A stretch of 64,000 bases of DNA from an uncultured SAR86 cluster bacterium (lineage in GTDB: Bacteria > Pseudomonadota > Gammaproteobacteria > Magnimaribacterales > AG-339-G14), in assembly GCA_902525435.1 (NCBI GenBank), contig CABZHD010000004.1, positions 29,133 to 93,132 of the forward strand, read 5' to 3'. The translations under genes were made by a program, and so were the position numbers. Positions 17,847-26,788 of the stretch are shown here, in pieces. The notes beneath the pieces were generated by a model that saw only the letters and a list, made by a program, of their open reading frames with translations, ran no database searches and was not told the origin of the DNA. How positions within the stretch are numbered: the stretch's first letter is position 1; every line of letters starts with the position of its first letter.

Positions 17847-19846
17847 AATTTTCTCAAAGCATTTAAAACCATAGTTTCTGTAAGAATTTCTGGAAGTATT
17901 ATGGCATCAGTTCCATCGCCTTTAAATAATAAATACAAAGGAACACCGCTTCTTCCATAACTTTCAAGAACAGCTGAAATATTTTCATTTCTTTCAGTCC
18001 AATCGTAGACAATGTAATCAATTTTATTTGTATTTAAATATTCTAAAACAGTGGAAGATTTTAATACTCTGGCCTCATTCACCTTACAAGTAATACACCA
18101 GTCTGCTGTAAAATTTACAAAAGTAGGATTCTGAAATTCAAAATCATTCGTATCAATTATTGTTTCAACTTTTGAGCTTGCCTCAGAACTTGAACTCATA
18201 GGAACAAAAAAAGTTAATGAAATGATCGATAAAATAATTAGTAAATTTTTTACATAATTTAGAACCTGTCTTTCTGAATCTTTTAGATTGGAAAGCCAAA
18301 CTATGAAAATTGTGACTAAAGATCCAACTAAAACTAGAGATAGGTCAAATCTATTCAGCTGAGCTGACAATATCCAGAACAACCAAATAGCTGTCAATCC
18401 CATTGGGAAAGCCATAAATTGTTTCAGATTTTCCATCCAAGGCCCTGGTTTTGGTAAAAATGAAATTAACCTAGGATTAAAACTAAGAACAAGATAAGGG
18501 AGACAAAAACCTAACGCTAAAGACAAAAAAATTGGATAAGTTTGATAACTAGGTTGAAGCAGCGCTAAACCAAGTGCCGAACCCATGAAGGGAGCCGTGC
18601 AAGGAGTTGCTACTATTACAGCAAGGAACCCTGTAAAGAAACTACCTGAGTATCCAGATGAACCTGAAACTGCATTACCAGAAAAAGCCACATTAAGATT
18701 TAGAGAAGAAATAAAAAAACCAGATAAAAAAATAAATAAGAAAATCAACAAGGTAAGAAAAATAGGCGATTGAAGTTGAAATCCCCAGCCAACCTGAACT
18801 CCAAAATATTTGAATAATAAAATTAGGCTACAAATTGATAAAAATGTGAGTATTGCTCCGGATGCAAAGATTAATCCATGAGCTTTAACTTCTTTCGGGG
18901 AATCAGACTTTTCAATAAAGTTAAATATCTTTAGAGATAGCACAGGAAAGACGCAAGGCATCAAATTCAGAATAAGCCCACCGATTAATGCAAACAATAG
19001 AGCTGTAAAAAAAGAGATTTCATTAGTGTTACTTTCTTGAAGAAAGACCTTGCTATCGCCTTTGATTTCATAATTAAAAACACCATCTTGAGTCTTAATA
19101 CTTAAAACCCCGGATAACAAATTAAGTTCTTTGTTTTCAATAGCTTTCTGAATTTCCAAATTATAAGAATTATTAGTTTTCGATAAATTTTGTGATTCAG
19201 CATAATTTATAAATCCATACTCATAAGGAAAAAAATAAGACTCATAAATATTTGATGGATAGTCAAAAGATAAATTGAATGTCTCAAAACTCTTATCGGA
19301 AATAACTTTAAAGTTTTTAAGGTTTATCTTTTGGACGGTTCGCGTTTTAATTTCTTTTAATTGGTCGTTGCTCAGAGAATTTACATTTTGATAGGGGAAT
19401 TTGATTTTCCCTGATCCAGATTGAGGTATGCATATTTCTTTGCAAACAAGCCAATTTGCTTTTAGACCTATTTCGAATTGTTTAGGAATGATTTTTGGAG
19501 TTTTAAGAATAAAAGGCAATATTACTTGATCATCAAAGCCATAGGTCATTAAAGGTGGGAAAGGAATTTTGTCCGGACTTGGCCATATGGGTCCACTCAT
19601 TTGAAATCCCTCAGGAAGTTCCCATTCAAACTCAGCAGGATCACCTGAGTCCCCTGGATTGATCCAATAAGTATGCCAACCTTCATCCATACTAATTTCT
19701 ATAGTTAATATATTTTCTGAATTGGCGTTAATTTCAATACTCTCAGGGTAGAAATTTAGTTTTGAATGGCTGTCATTTATGGATAGTTTTGCCTGAGTAA
19801 GCAAACTGAAGAAAAGCGAAATTAGAATGAAAAATTTTAATTTCAT
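17843..19846 (-). CDS. DsbD/ScsB-family transmembrane thiol:disulfide electron transporter
   Basis: 667 aa. It has a signal peptide, a long N-terminal periplasmic domain with WLVCKEICIPQ, a multi-TM core with LNLMPCVFPV and ATPCTAPFMG (the two conserved core Cys), and a C-terminal Trx domain FTADWCITCKVNE. Confidence 0.85.
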   Translation of the reverse strand: MKLKFFILISLFFSLLTQAKLSINDSHSKLNFYPESIEINANSENILTIEISMDEGWHTYWINPGDSGDPAEFEWELPEGFQMSGPIWPSPDKIPFPPLMTYGFDDQVILPFILKTPKIIPKQFEIGLKANWLVCKEICIPQSGSGKIKFPYQNVNSLSNDQLKEIKTRTVQKINLKNFKVISDKSFETFNLSFDYPSNIYESYFFPYEYGFINYAESQNLSKTNNSYNLEIQKAIENKELNLLSGVLSIKTQDGVFNYEIKGDSKVFLQESNTNEISFFTALLFALIGGLILNLMPCVFPVLSLKIFNFIEKSDSPKEVKAHGLIFASGAILTFLSICSLILLFKYFGVQVGWGFQLQSPIFLTLLIFLFIFLSGFFISSLNLNVAFSGNAVSGSSGYSGSFFTGFLAVIVATPCTAPFMGSALGLALLQPSYQTYPIFLSLALGFCLPYLVLSFNPRLISFLPKPGPWMENLKQFMAFPMGLTAIWLFWILSAQLNRFDLSLVLVGSLVTIFIVWLSNLKDSERQVLNYVKNLLIILSIISLTFFVPMSSSSEASSKVETIIDTNDFEFQNPTFVNFTADWCITCKVNEARVLKSSTVLEYLNTNKIDYIVYDWTERNENISAVLESYGRSGVPLYLLFKGDGTDAIILPEILTETMVLNALRKL

Positions 19847-20394
19847 GAACTACCTTGAGTTTGATTAATTATTCTAGGATCAAAACCATTAACTTCAGAT
19901 AATTTATTAATTTTTAAATTATTTGGCGTATCAAAAAGAATTTCTTGATGGGCATCAGTTATTTCCCATGCATTCTGTGCTATTTCATTTTCTAGCTGAT
20001 TTGGACCCCATCCAGTGTATCCAAAAGAAACTATAAATTTATCCGGAAACTTACCCTTAAGGATATTTTCTATCACCTGTTTATTTGATGAAAAACCTAT
20101 CTCATTTGTAATCCGAACATCGGGCTTATTAACTTTATCTATTGTGTGAAGGACAAAGATAGAAGTGGACTCTACTGGCCCACCTAGAGCTATTTTCTGA
20201 TTAAGATGTTTCTTTTCTTTGACATCTAAAAAATTATCTTCCATCTGAACATCTATTGACCTATTGACGATTAGACCTAAGGATCCTTCTTCATTATTCT
20301 CACATACATATATTAATGAATCAGCAAAATAGTCTTTATCTTCATATTCCGCAGGTGAATAATATAGGAATTTATTTCTCAAAGAATCATTCAT
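19843..20394 (-). CDS. YqgE/AlgH family protein (UPF0301)
   Basis: 183 aa with FADSLIYVCENNEEGSLGLIVNRS... and ...GYTGWGPNQLENEI, typical of the family. Confidence 0.8.
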   Translation of the reverse strand: MNDSLRNKFLYYSPAEYEDKDYFADSLIYVCENNEEGSLGLIVNRSIDVQMEDNFLDVKEKKHLNQKIALGGPVESTSIFVLHTIDKVNKPDVRITNEIGFSSNKQVIENILKGKFPDKFIVSFGYTGWGPNQLENEIAQNAWEITDAHQEILFDTPNNLKINKLSEVNGFDPRIINQTQGSS

Positions 20395-20456
20395 TTATTC
20401 AAAATCATATTACTGATTTATAATGGGGGCAGGAACAGCAAAATACAATTAATTAC

Positions 20457-21488
20457 ATGGACAGCAGTAATTTTATTTCCAAGTCGCTAAGGCAGGAGCA
20501 TTTAAAAAAAATTTCTGGATTAAGATATGAAGACGAGGAAAAGTATGAGTTGCAGTCAGAAATTAGAAATCTTTTGAAGAAGAATAATGCTTCTTTGATA
20601 GCTCATTACTATACAGAACCAGCCATACAAGATTTAGCTTTAGATACTGATGGATGCGTTGCCGATTCTTTAGATATGGCTAAATTTGGCGCCAATTCAG
20701 AATCAGATACATTAGTTGTTTGCGGGGTAAAATTCATGGGAGAGACTGCAAAAATTTTATCGCCAAAAAAAACTGTTCTCATGCCGACCCTAGAAGCAAC
20801 ATGCTCACTTGATTTAGGCTGTAAAGTAGAGGATTTGCAGTTACTCAAGGATCAGTATCCTGATAGAGAAGTTATTGTTTACGCTAATACTTCCGCAGAA
20901 GTAAAATCTATTGCAGATTGGGTTGTTACTTCAAGCATCGCCTTGGATGTCATGGATAGGCTTATGTCTGAAGGCAAAAAATTTATTTGGGCTCCGGATA
21001 AGCATTTAGGAAATTACATACAAAAAGAAACAGGTGCAGACATGATCATATGGGATGGATCCTGTGTAGTTCATGAAGAATTTAAATTAGAGGGAATCAT
21101 GAACCTTAAGCATTTACATTCAGATGCTTTAATTCTGGCTCATCCAGAATGTCCAGATAAAGTTTTGAATATTTCAGATTTTGTAGGATCTACTTCACAA
21201 ATTTTAAATTTTGCAAAAAAAACAGATAACCTAAAATTCATTGTGGCAACTGATGCAGGGATTTTTCATCAATTGACATTGCAAAATCCAAACAAAGAAT
21301 TTTTTCAAGCTCCTTCATCTGGGAAAGGAGCTACGTGTATTTCTTGTGCATATTGTCCCTGGATGGGTATGAATGATTTACTTAAGTTAAGAGATACCTT
21401 GGTAAAAAAAGATAACGAAATATCATTAGAGGAAAATATTTTAGATAAAGCTCAAAAATCAGTTAAAAGGATGATTGATTTTGTTTAA
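20457..21488 (+). CDS. nadA: quinolinate synthase
   Basis: 343 aa with IAHYYTEP, GVKFMGETAKIL, C..HEEF and conserved Fe-S Cys residues (CSLD, C.VH, CPWM). Confidence 0.95.
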   Translation: MDSSNFISKSLRQEHLKKISGLRYEDEEKYELQSEIRNLLKKNNASLIAHYYTEPAIQDLALDTDGCVADSLDMAKFGANSESDTLVVCGVKFMGETAKILSPKKTVLMPTLEATCSLDLGCKVEDLQLLKDQYPDREVIVYANTSAEVKSIADWVVTSSIALDVMDRLMSEGKKFIWAPDKHLGNYIQKETGADMIIWDGSCVVHEEFKLEGIMNLKHLHSDALILAHPECPDKVLNISDFVGSTSQILNFAKKTDNLKFIVATDAGIFHQLTLQNPNKEFFQAPSSGKGATCISCAYCPWMGMNDLLKLRDTLVKKDNEISLEENILDKAQKSVKRMIDFV

Positions 21489-22308
21489 TCACAAAAAGAT
21501 TTATAAAAGTGATGTTCAACTCGCTCTATTAGAAGACTTAGGAGATAAAGATCTTTCTGATGGAATTATTAGAGATCAAATAGTTACAGCTTTCCTGAAA
21601 GCAAAAGATGATGGTCTCTTTTGTGGTCGAGACTGGTTTGAAGAGTCTTTTAGGCAAATAGATAAAAAAATTGAATTTAAGTGGAAATTCAACGATGGTG
21701 ATTTTTTTAAGAATGGCGACGAAATTGTTGAAATTAAAGGTAACATAAATTCAATTCTTAAATCAGAAAGAACTGCAATCAATTTTGTTCAATTTTTATC
21801 TGGAATTTCAACCAACACTCAAATAAAAGTTAATCTTTTGCAAAATAAAAAGATTGATTTATTGGATACAAGAAAAACAATACCTGGTCTTCGATATTCT
21901 CAGAAATATGCAACCAAAATAGGAGGAGCACGCAACCATAGGTTTGGATTATATGATGCACTAATGATTAAAGAAAATCACATATCAATGTTTAATACCT
22001 TGGATGAATTAGTGCTGGATGACATAGATAGAGGTAAATTTTTGGAAATCGAAGTTAATACGCTAAATAAGATCGAGCCAGCTTTAAATCATTCTCCAGA
22101 TGTTATTATGTTTGATAACTTTTCAATTGAAGACATAAAAAAGGGTATAGATATAGTTGGAAATAGATCAAAGATAGAGGTATCTGGTATTTTGGACATG
22201 CAACAGTTCAAAGAAGTATCAAAATTAAATATTCACTTTATTTCACTTGGAGAATTAACGAAAAACATCAAATCTATCGATTTTTCTTTATTACTTAAAA
22301 AACTATGA
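21475..22308 (+). CDS. nadC: nicotinate-nucleotide diphosphorylase (carboxylating) / quinolinate phosphoribosyltransferase
   Basis: 277 aa with ERTAINFVQFLSGIST, DTRKTIPGLRYSQKYATKIGGARNHRFGLYDALMIKENH and MFDNF. It has an apparent TTG start and a 14-nt overlap with nadA. Confidence 0.92.
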   Translation: MILFNHKKIYKSDVQLALLEDLGDKDLSDGIIRDQIVTAFLKAKDDGLFCGRDWFEESFRQIDKKIEFKWKFNDGDFFKNGDEIVEIKGNINSILKSERTAINFVQFLSGISTNTQIKVNLLQNKKIDLLDTRKTIPGLRYSQKYATKIGGARNHRFGLYDALMIKENHISMFNTLDELVLDDIDRGKFLEIEVNTLNKIEPALNHSPDVIMFDNFSIEDIKKGIDIVGNRSKIEVSGILDMQQFKEVSKLNIHFISLGELTKNIKSIDFSLLLKKL

Positions 22309-22952
22309 AAAAGTATTTAATTATCCTCTTTTTTATTTTTGGTCATTCCTGTTCTTTCAAAAACAATCTAGATATTGATTCATCTCATTACAAATATTCA
22401 TGGTGTTACTTAAATGATGAAATGGATACTTTGGATTTATTTAAATTTATAAAGGATTTCGAACTGATTTTTAATCAAAGAAAGAATAATCAAAAAATTT
22501 CCATAAATTATCTTAAGCCCGAGTTTGATGTAGGAAGTTATGATTTTTTAATTGAATCAACTATTGAGGTTAATGACAAAACTGACATTGATTTCAATTT
22601 ACACGATCTTTTTATTTTTGAAGGATCTAATACTTTTGATTGTTTTGATTATCTTGAATATGGTTCTGAGAAAGAAAGAGAGCAAAGTAAATTAACCAAT
22701 CCTTTTTTTACATATTTTATTTTTTGTAGAAATACTTCAATACCTTTAGCTAGAACAGACATAAGTTTACTTAAACCTAAAATTACTTCTGAGGAGTATG
22801 ACTTTCTGCTGAAAACAGAATTAAAAGATAATCATTCTTATGATTTTATCGATGAAAAATTTGAGCTAAATTCAATCTGTAATTTATTTGAACTGGATAA
22901 TTTTAAAGAATATTATTTATATGAAACATTTAATCTTTTTAATAATTGGTAA
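22305..22952 (+). CDS. hypothetical lipoprotein (ORFan-like, very AT-rich)
   Basis: 215 aa with a signal peptide and a possible lipobox IFGHSC. No motif recognised. ATGA overlap with nadC. Confidence 0.45.
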   Translation: MKKYLIILFFIFGHSCSFKNNLDIDSSHYKYSWCYLNDEMDTLDLFKFIKDFELIFNQRKNNQKISINYLKPEFDVGSYDFLIESTIEVNDKTDIDFNLHDLFIFEGSNTFDCFDYLEYGSEKEREQSKLTNPFFTYFIFCRNTSIPLARTDISLLKPKITSEEYDFLLKTELKDNHSYDFIDEKFELNSICNLFELDNFKEYYLYETFNLFNNW

Positions 22953-22956
22953 CTAC

Positions 22957-24276
22957 ATGAATTTTCAGCGCCTAAATATTTTTCTTTTCTTGATCTTTTC
23001 TACTAATTTTTTATCCGCCTCTAGTTTCAGCGATGAGCGTTTGCAAAGGATCACAGCGATGTTGGATGATCTAGTAGAGGAAAAACAATTTCCTGGGTTT
23101 GTGACAATCATCACTAAAGATGGAAAACCTATATTAAAAGTTGTAAATGGCTACAAAGACATCGATAAAAAAATTCCTATGAAGGAAGATGCTTTATTTA
23201 GAATTTATTCGATGTCTAAACCAATTACAGGAGTAGCTTTGATGATTTTGGTTGATCGAGGTCTCATAAAATTAAGCGATCCTATTTCTAAATTTATTCC
23301 TGAGTTTAAAAACACAAAAGTAGTTAACGAGGCTGGAGACTTTTTTAATCTAGATAGGCCAGTCACAGTCTTGGATGCAGCCACTCATACTTCAGGATTA
23401 ATTTATGCATGGCTTCCTACTGAAACCATTGCTAATGATATCTACGAAGAAAAGAATTTGCATCCTTACTATTATATGGATCTTGAAGTGACTGCTGATC
23501 AAACAGATTTTTCAATTCCGCCAGGAAAACCATTTTCAAATATATGTGAATTTGCACAAGAACTTGCTTCAGCTCCTTTAGTCCATCAACCCGGCGAGAA
23601 ATGGACCTATGGTGTTGGCATGGATTTGCTTGGATGCATCATAGAAAAAGTATCAGGCATGACTTTTGGAAACTTTATGCAAGAGAACATATTTGATCCT
23701 TTAGGCATGAAAGATACTTCATTTGCTGTACCTGAATCAGAAATCAATAGATTCACTAGCATGTACACACATAAGGGGGCCAGTGTTGGAGATATTCAGA
23801 GAGAATTCAACGATGAAATTTTTCCTGACGATTTAATTTTAATGGATTCATATGAAGAAAGTCCTTATCTAAAAATGAACAAAGTTGAAGATGGTGGTTC
23901 CGGTCTTATTTCAACAGCTGAAGATTATTTAAAATTTGGTCAGATGCTAAATGATAGAGGTTCTTTTGGAGGAAAGACTATTCTGAGCGAAGAGGCTTTT
24001 TCAATGTTATCAGAAAGCTATATGGAAAATTTTGGTTTATTGGGTGTTGTTAGTCTTGGAATGGGTCAGGCTATATGTATGGCAAAAATAACTAACCCTG
24101 CTTTTAGTCAATTTTATCAATCTGAAGGAAGTTTAAGCTGGGCAGGAGCTGCGTCTACAATTTTTTGGGCCGATCCAGTAGAAGATATTGTTTTAGTTCA
24201 CATGACGCAAGTTCTCGGACATCCAGTAGATTTAAGAGCAGATCTCGATAGGCTTACATACTCCTCTAGAAATTGA
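22957..24276 (+). CDS. serine hydrolase, beta-lactamase/penicillin-binding (class C-like) family
   Basis: A signal peptide starts at MNFQRLNIFLFLIF. The S-x-x-K motif is YSMSKPITG, and a typical HTSGL element follows. I prefer the ATG at 22957, just after the upstream stop, over the track start at 22888. Confidence 0.8.
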   Translation: MNFQRLNIFLFLIFSTNFLSASSFSDERLQRITAMLDDLVEEKQFPGFVTIITKDGKPILKVVNGYKDIDKKIPMKEDALFRIYSMSKPITGVALMILVDRGLIKLSDPISKFIPEFKNTKVVNEAGDFFNLDRPVTVLDAATHTSGLIYAWLPTETIANDIYEEKNLHPYYYMDLEVTADQTDFSIPPGKPFSNICEFAQELASAPLVHQPGEKWTYGVGMDLLGCIIEKVSGMTFGNFMQENIFDPLGMKDTSFAVPESEINRFTSMYTHKGASVGDIQREFNDEIFPDDLILMDSYEESPYLKMNKVEDGGSGLISTAEDYLKFGQMLNDRGSFGGKTILSEEAFSMLSESYMENFGLLGVVSLGMGQAICMAKITNPAFSQFYQSEGSLSWAGAASTIFWADPVEDIVLVHMTQVLGHPVDLRADLDRLTYSSRN

Positions 24277-24728
24277 ATAATATTGAAGACAATTTAATCA
24301 GAAAAAAATTAATGGATTTTTTATCTCGGAGAGAGCATTCAAAAAAAGAACTTTTTAATAAGCTTTTTAAAAGAGTTAATGATTTGGAATTACTTGATCA
24401 AGAAATTGATAGATTAGCTAACGAAGGACTCCAATCAGATGAAAGGTTTTCAGAGGCATACATAAAAAGTAAAACTCAAGCTGGTTATGGACCCATAAAA
24501 ATTAAAATGGAGCTAGCTCAAAAAGGAATTTCAAATAATTTTCTAGATAAAAAATTTTCTGAACTTGAAATTAATTGGGAAAAAGAAATAAACGACCTGC
24601 TTCTAAAAAAATTTCCAAAGACAAAATATAACTTTGAAGAAGAAAAAACAAAGGCAAAGGCAATAAACTTTTTGCAAAGAAGAGGTTTTGATTTTGATCT
24701 TTCTTACAGGCAAGTGATAGGTTATTAA
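24273..24728 (+). CDS. recX: recombination regulator RecX
   Basis: 151 aa of three-helix repeats with ...LSRREHSKKELFNKL... and ...AINFLQRRGF.... TTGA overlap with the upstream gene. No recA is adjacent. Confidence 0.75.
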   Translation: MNNIEDNLIRKKLMDFLSRREHSKKELFNKLFKRVNDLELLDQEIDRLANEGLQSDERFSEAYIKSKTQAGYGPIKIKMELAQKGISNNFLDKKFSELEINWEKEINDLLLKKFPKTKYNFEEEKTKAKAINFLQRRGFDFDLSYRQVIGY

Positions 24729-26188
24729 TGACCTATCAAGTTCTTGCAAGAAAATGGCGTCCCAACACTTTTGATGAGGTAGTAGGCCAAGATTATGTAG
24801 TGAAAGCCTTAAAAGGTGCATTGGATTTGGAAAAACTTCCTCATGCTTTTATATTCTCTGGAACTAGAGGAACTGGCAAAACAACTCTTGCAAGAATTTT
24901 GGCAAAAGCTATAAATTGCTCTAATTCAAAAAAGAAGTCTCAGCCATGTAGGAAATGCGATTCATGTTTATCCATTGAAAATGGAAGTGCTATAGATTTT
25001 CAAGAAGTTGATGCAGCATCTAGAAGAGGAGTCGAAGAAACTAAAGAATTATTGGATTCTGTTCCTTACTTACCAACATCTTCTCCTTTTAAAATTTACC
25101 TGCTTGATGAAATACATATGCTTTCTAAGGAAAGTTTTAATTCACTTTTAAAAACACTGGAGGAGCCCCCTGAGCATGTAGTTTTTCTTTTTGCTACTAC
25201 AGAAATAGATAAAGTTCCGCCTACTGTTCTTTCAAGATGCGTTCAGTTTAATCTTTCTGCTATGAAAGTAGACAATATAAAGAATCAACTCCAATTAATT
25301 TTTGATGAAGAGAAAATAAAATATGATGAAAATTCATTGATAAAACTCTCCAGTCTCGCTAGGGGAAGCATGAGAGATGCCTTAACTCTTTCTGAAAAAG
25401 TCATCTCATTCTCTGAGGGAAAAATTACAGAAAAAAAAGTCGAAGAATTAATGGGTTTGCCTTCATCAGAGCTTATTCAATCCATTCTTAAATCAATAAT
25501 AGGTAGAGATTCAAAAAAACTTATTGAAAATATCGAGGAGGTTAAGATAAATTTTTATGATCCCGAACAAATATTGATTGATCTTTTATCGCTTATTCAA
25601 GAAGTTGCATTGTCTCAATTTGACGAAAAAGCAGATCTATCTGATTTATCTATTGAACCCCAGAACCTTCAATTGATTTATGATCTTGGAATCTCAAATT
25701 TAGAGTATTTTAAGTTATCACCGAAACCAGAAAGTCTACTCACAATGACTTTTTTGAAAATGATTGCTTTCCTTCCAGAAAGCTCAAAAAAAAAATCTCT
25801 AAACACTAACAAAGACGAGACTAATTTTAGTTGGCCCGAAGATTTCTCAAATCTTGATTTGACTAAATTAACTGCCCAATTTATGTCCCATGCATCGATG
25901 ATTGAGTATCATGACTCGGAGATGCACTTTGGCATTAACCAGGAGAGATTGAACATAATTACGGAAAATCAGATAAAAGAAGTTGAGGATGCTTTATCAA
26001 TTCTGCTTAAAAAGAAATTGAAAGTTAGCTTCAAACCATCTGATTTAACAGAAACTCCTTTTGAATTTGAAAAGTTAAGGTCTCAAAAAGAATCAAAGCA
26101 AGCAGAAGATGACCTTAAAAAAGACTCTTCGCTGAATGAAATGCTTGAAAAATTTGATGGAAAAATTAAAAAAGTTTCAAAGATATAG
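24728..26188 (+). CDS. dnaX: DNA polymerase III subunit tau/gamma
   Basis: MTYQVLARKWRPNTFDEVVGQ, Walker A GTRGTGKTT, Zn module CRKCDSC, DEIHML and LSRC. Only 486 aa, with a short tau-specific tail. Confidence 0.95.
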   Translation: MTYQVLARKWRPNTFDEVVGQDYVVKALKGALDLEKLPHAFIFSGTRGTGKTTLARILAKAINCSNSKKKSQPCRKCDSCLSIENGSAIDFQEVDAASRRGVEETKELLDSVPYLPTSSPFKIYLLDEIHMLSKESFNSLLKTLEEPPEHVVFLFATTEIDKVPPTVLSRCVQFNLSAMKVDNIKNQLQLIFDEEKIKYDENSLIKLSSLARGSMRDALTLSEKVISFSEGKITEKKVEELMGLPSSELIQSILKSIIGRDSKKLIENIEEVKINFYDPEQILIDLLSLIQEVALSQFDEKADLSDLSIEPQNLQLIYDLGISNLEYFKLSPKPESLLTMTFLKMIAFLPESSKKKSLNTNKDETNFSWPEDFSNLDLTKLTAQFMSHASMIEYHDSEMHFGINQERLNIITENQIKEVEDALSILLKKKLKVSFKPSDLTETPFEFEKLRSQKESKQAEDDLKKDSSLNEMLEKFDGKIKKVSKI

Positions 26189-26788
26189 ATGAAATTTAGT
26201 CCATTACTCTCAGATCTGATTAAATCTTTGCAAGTTCTGCCTGGTGTTGGACCAAAAACTGCAAAACGAATGGCTATGAGTTTATTAGGAGGCGATGAAG
26301 CCGATGCTAAAAATCTTGCTAACAATCTATCCAGAGCAATAGATCTAATCGGCACATGTCAAAACTGCAGGGTTTTGTCAGAAGATCAGATATGTTCAAT
26401 CTGTAATGATTCAAGCAGAGATAATACACAAGTATGTGTTGTAGAAAATACCTCTCAAGTTGTTCAAATAGAAGAACTGGGCGGATTTAAGGGAATCTAT
26501 TTTGTATTGGGTGGATATCTTTCTCCAATTGAAGGTAGGGGTCCAAACGAAATAGGTCTATCTGAGCTAAATTCAAAAGCTATGAGTGGTGAAATTAAAG
26601 AACTTATTTTAGCTTTTAATTCTTCCTTAGAAGGTGAGGCAACAGCTCAATACATACTTGAGAAATGTTCATCAGATTCTCTAAACATTACTAAACTTGC
26701 TCAAGGTGTGCCTCTTGGAGGAGATCTGAACTATGTGGACTCTAATACCCTTAGGCATGCGTTTGATAGCAGGCAAAAATTAATTTAG
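26189..26788 (+). CDS. recR: recombination protein RecR
   Basis: 199 aa with LPGVGPKTAKRMA (HhH), Cys4 finger CQNC...CSIC and Toprim VCVVE. It starts immediately after the dnaX stop. Confidence 0.95.
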   Translation: MKFSPLLSDLIKSLQVLPGVGPKTAKRMAMSLLGGDEADAKNLANNLSRAIDLIGTCQNCRVLSEDQICSICNDSSRDNTQVCVVENTSQVVQIEELGGFKGIYFVLGGYLSPIEGRGPNEIGLSELNSKAMSGEIKELILAFNSSLEGEATAQYILEKCSSDSLNITKLAQGVPLGGDLNYVDSNTLRHAFDSRQKLI

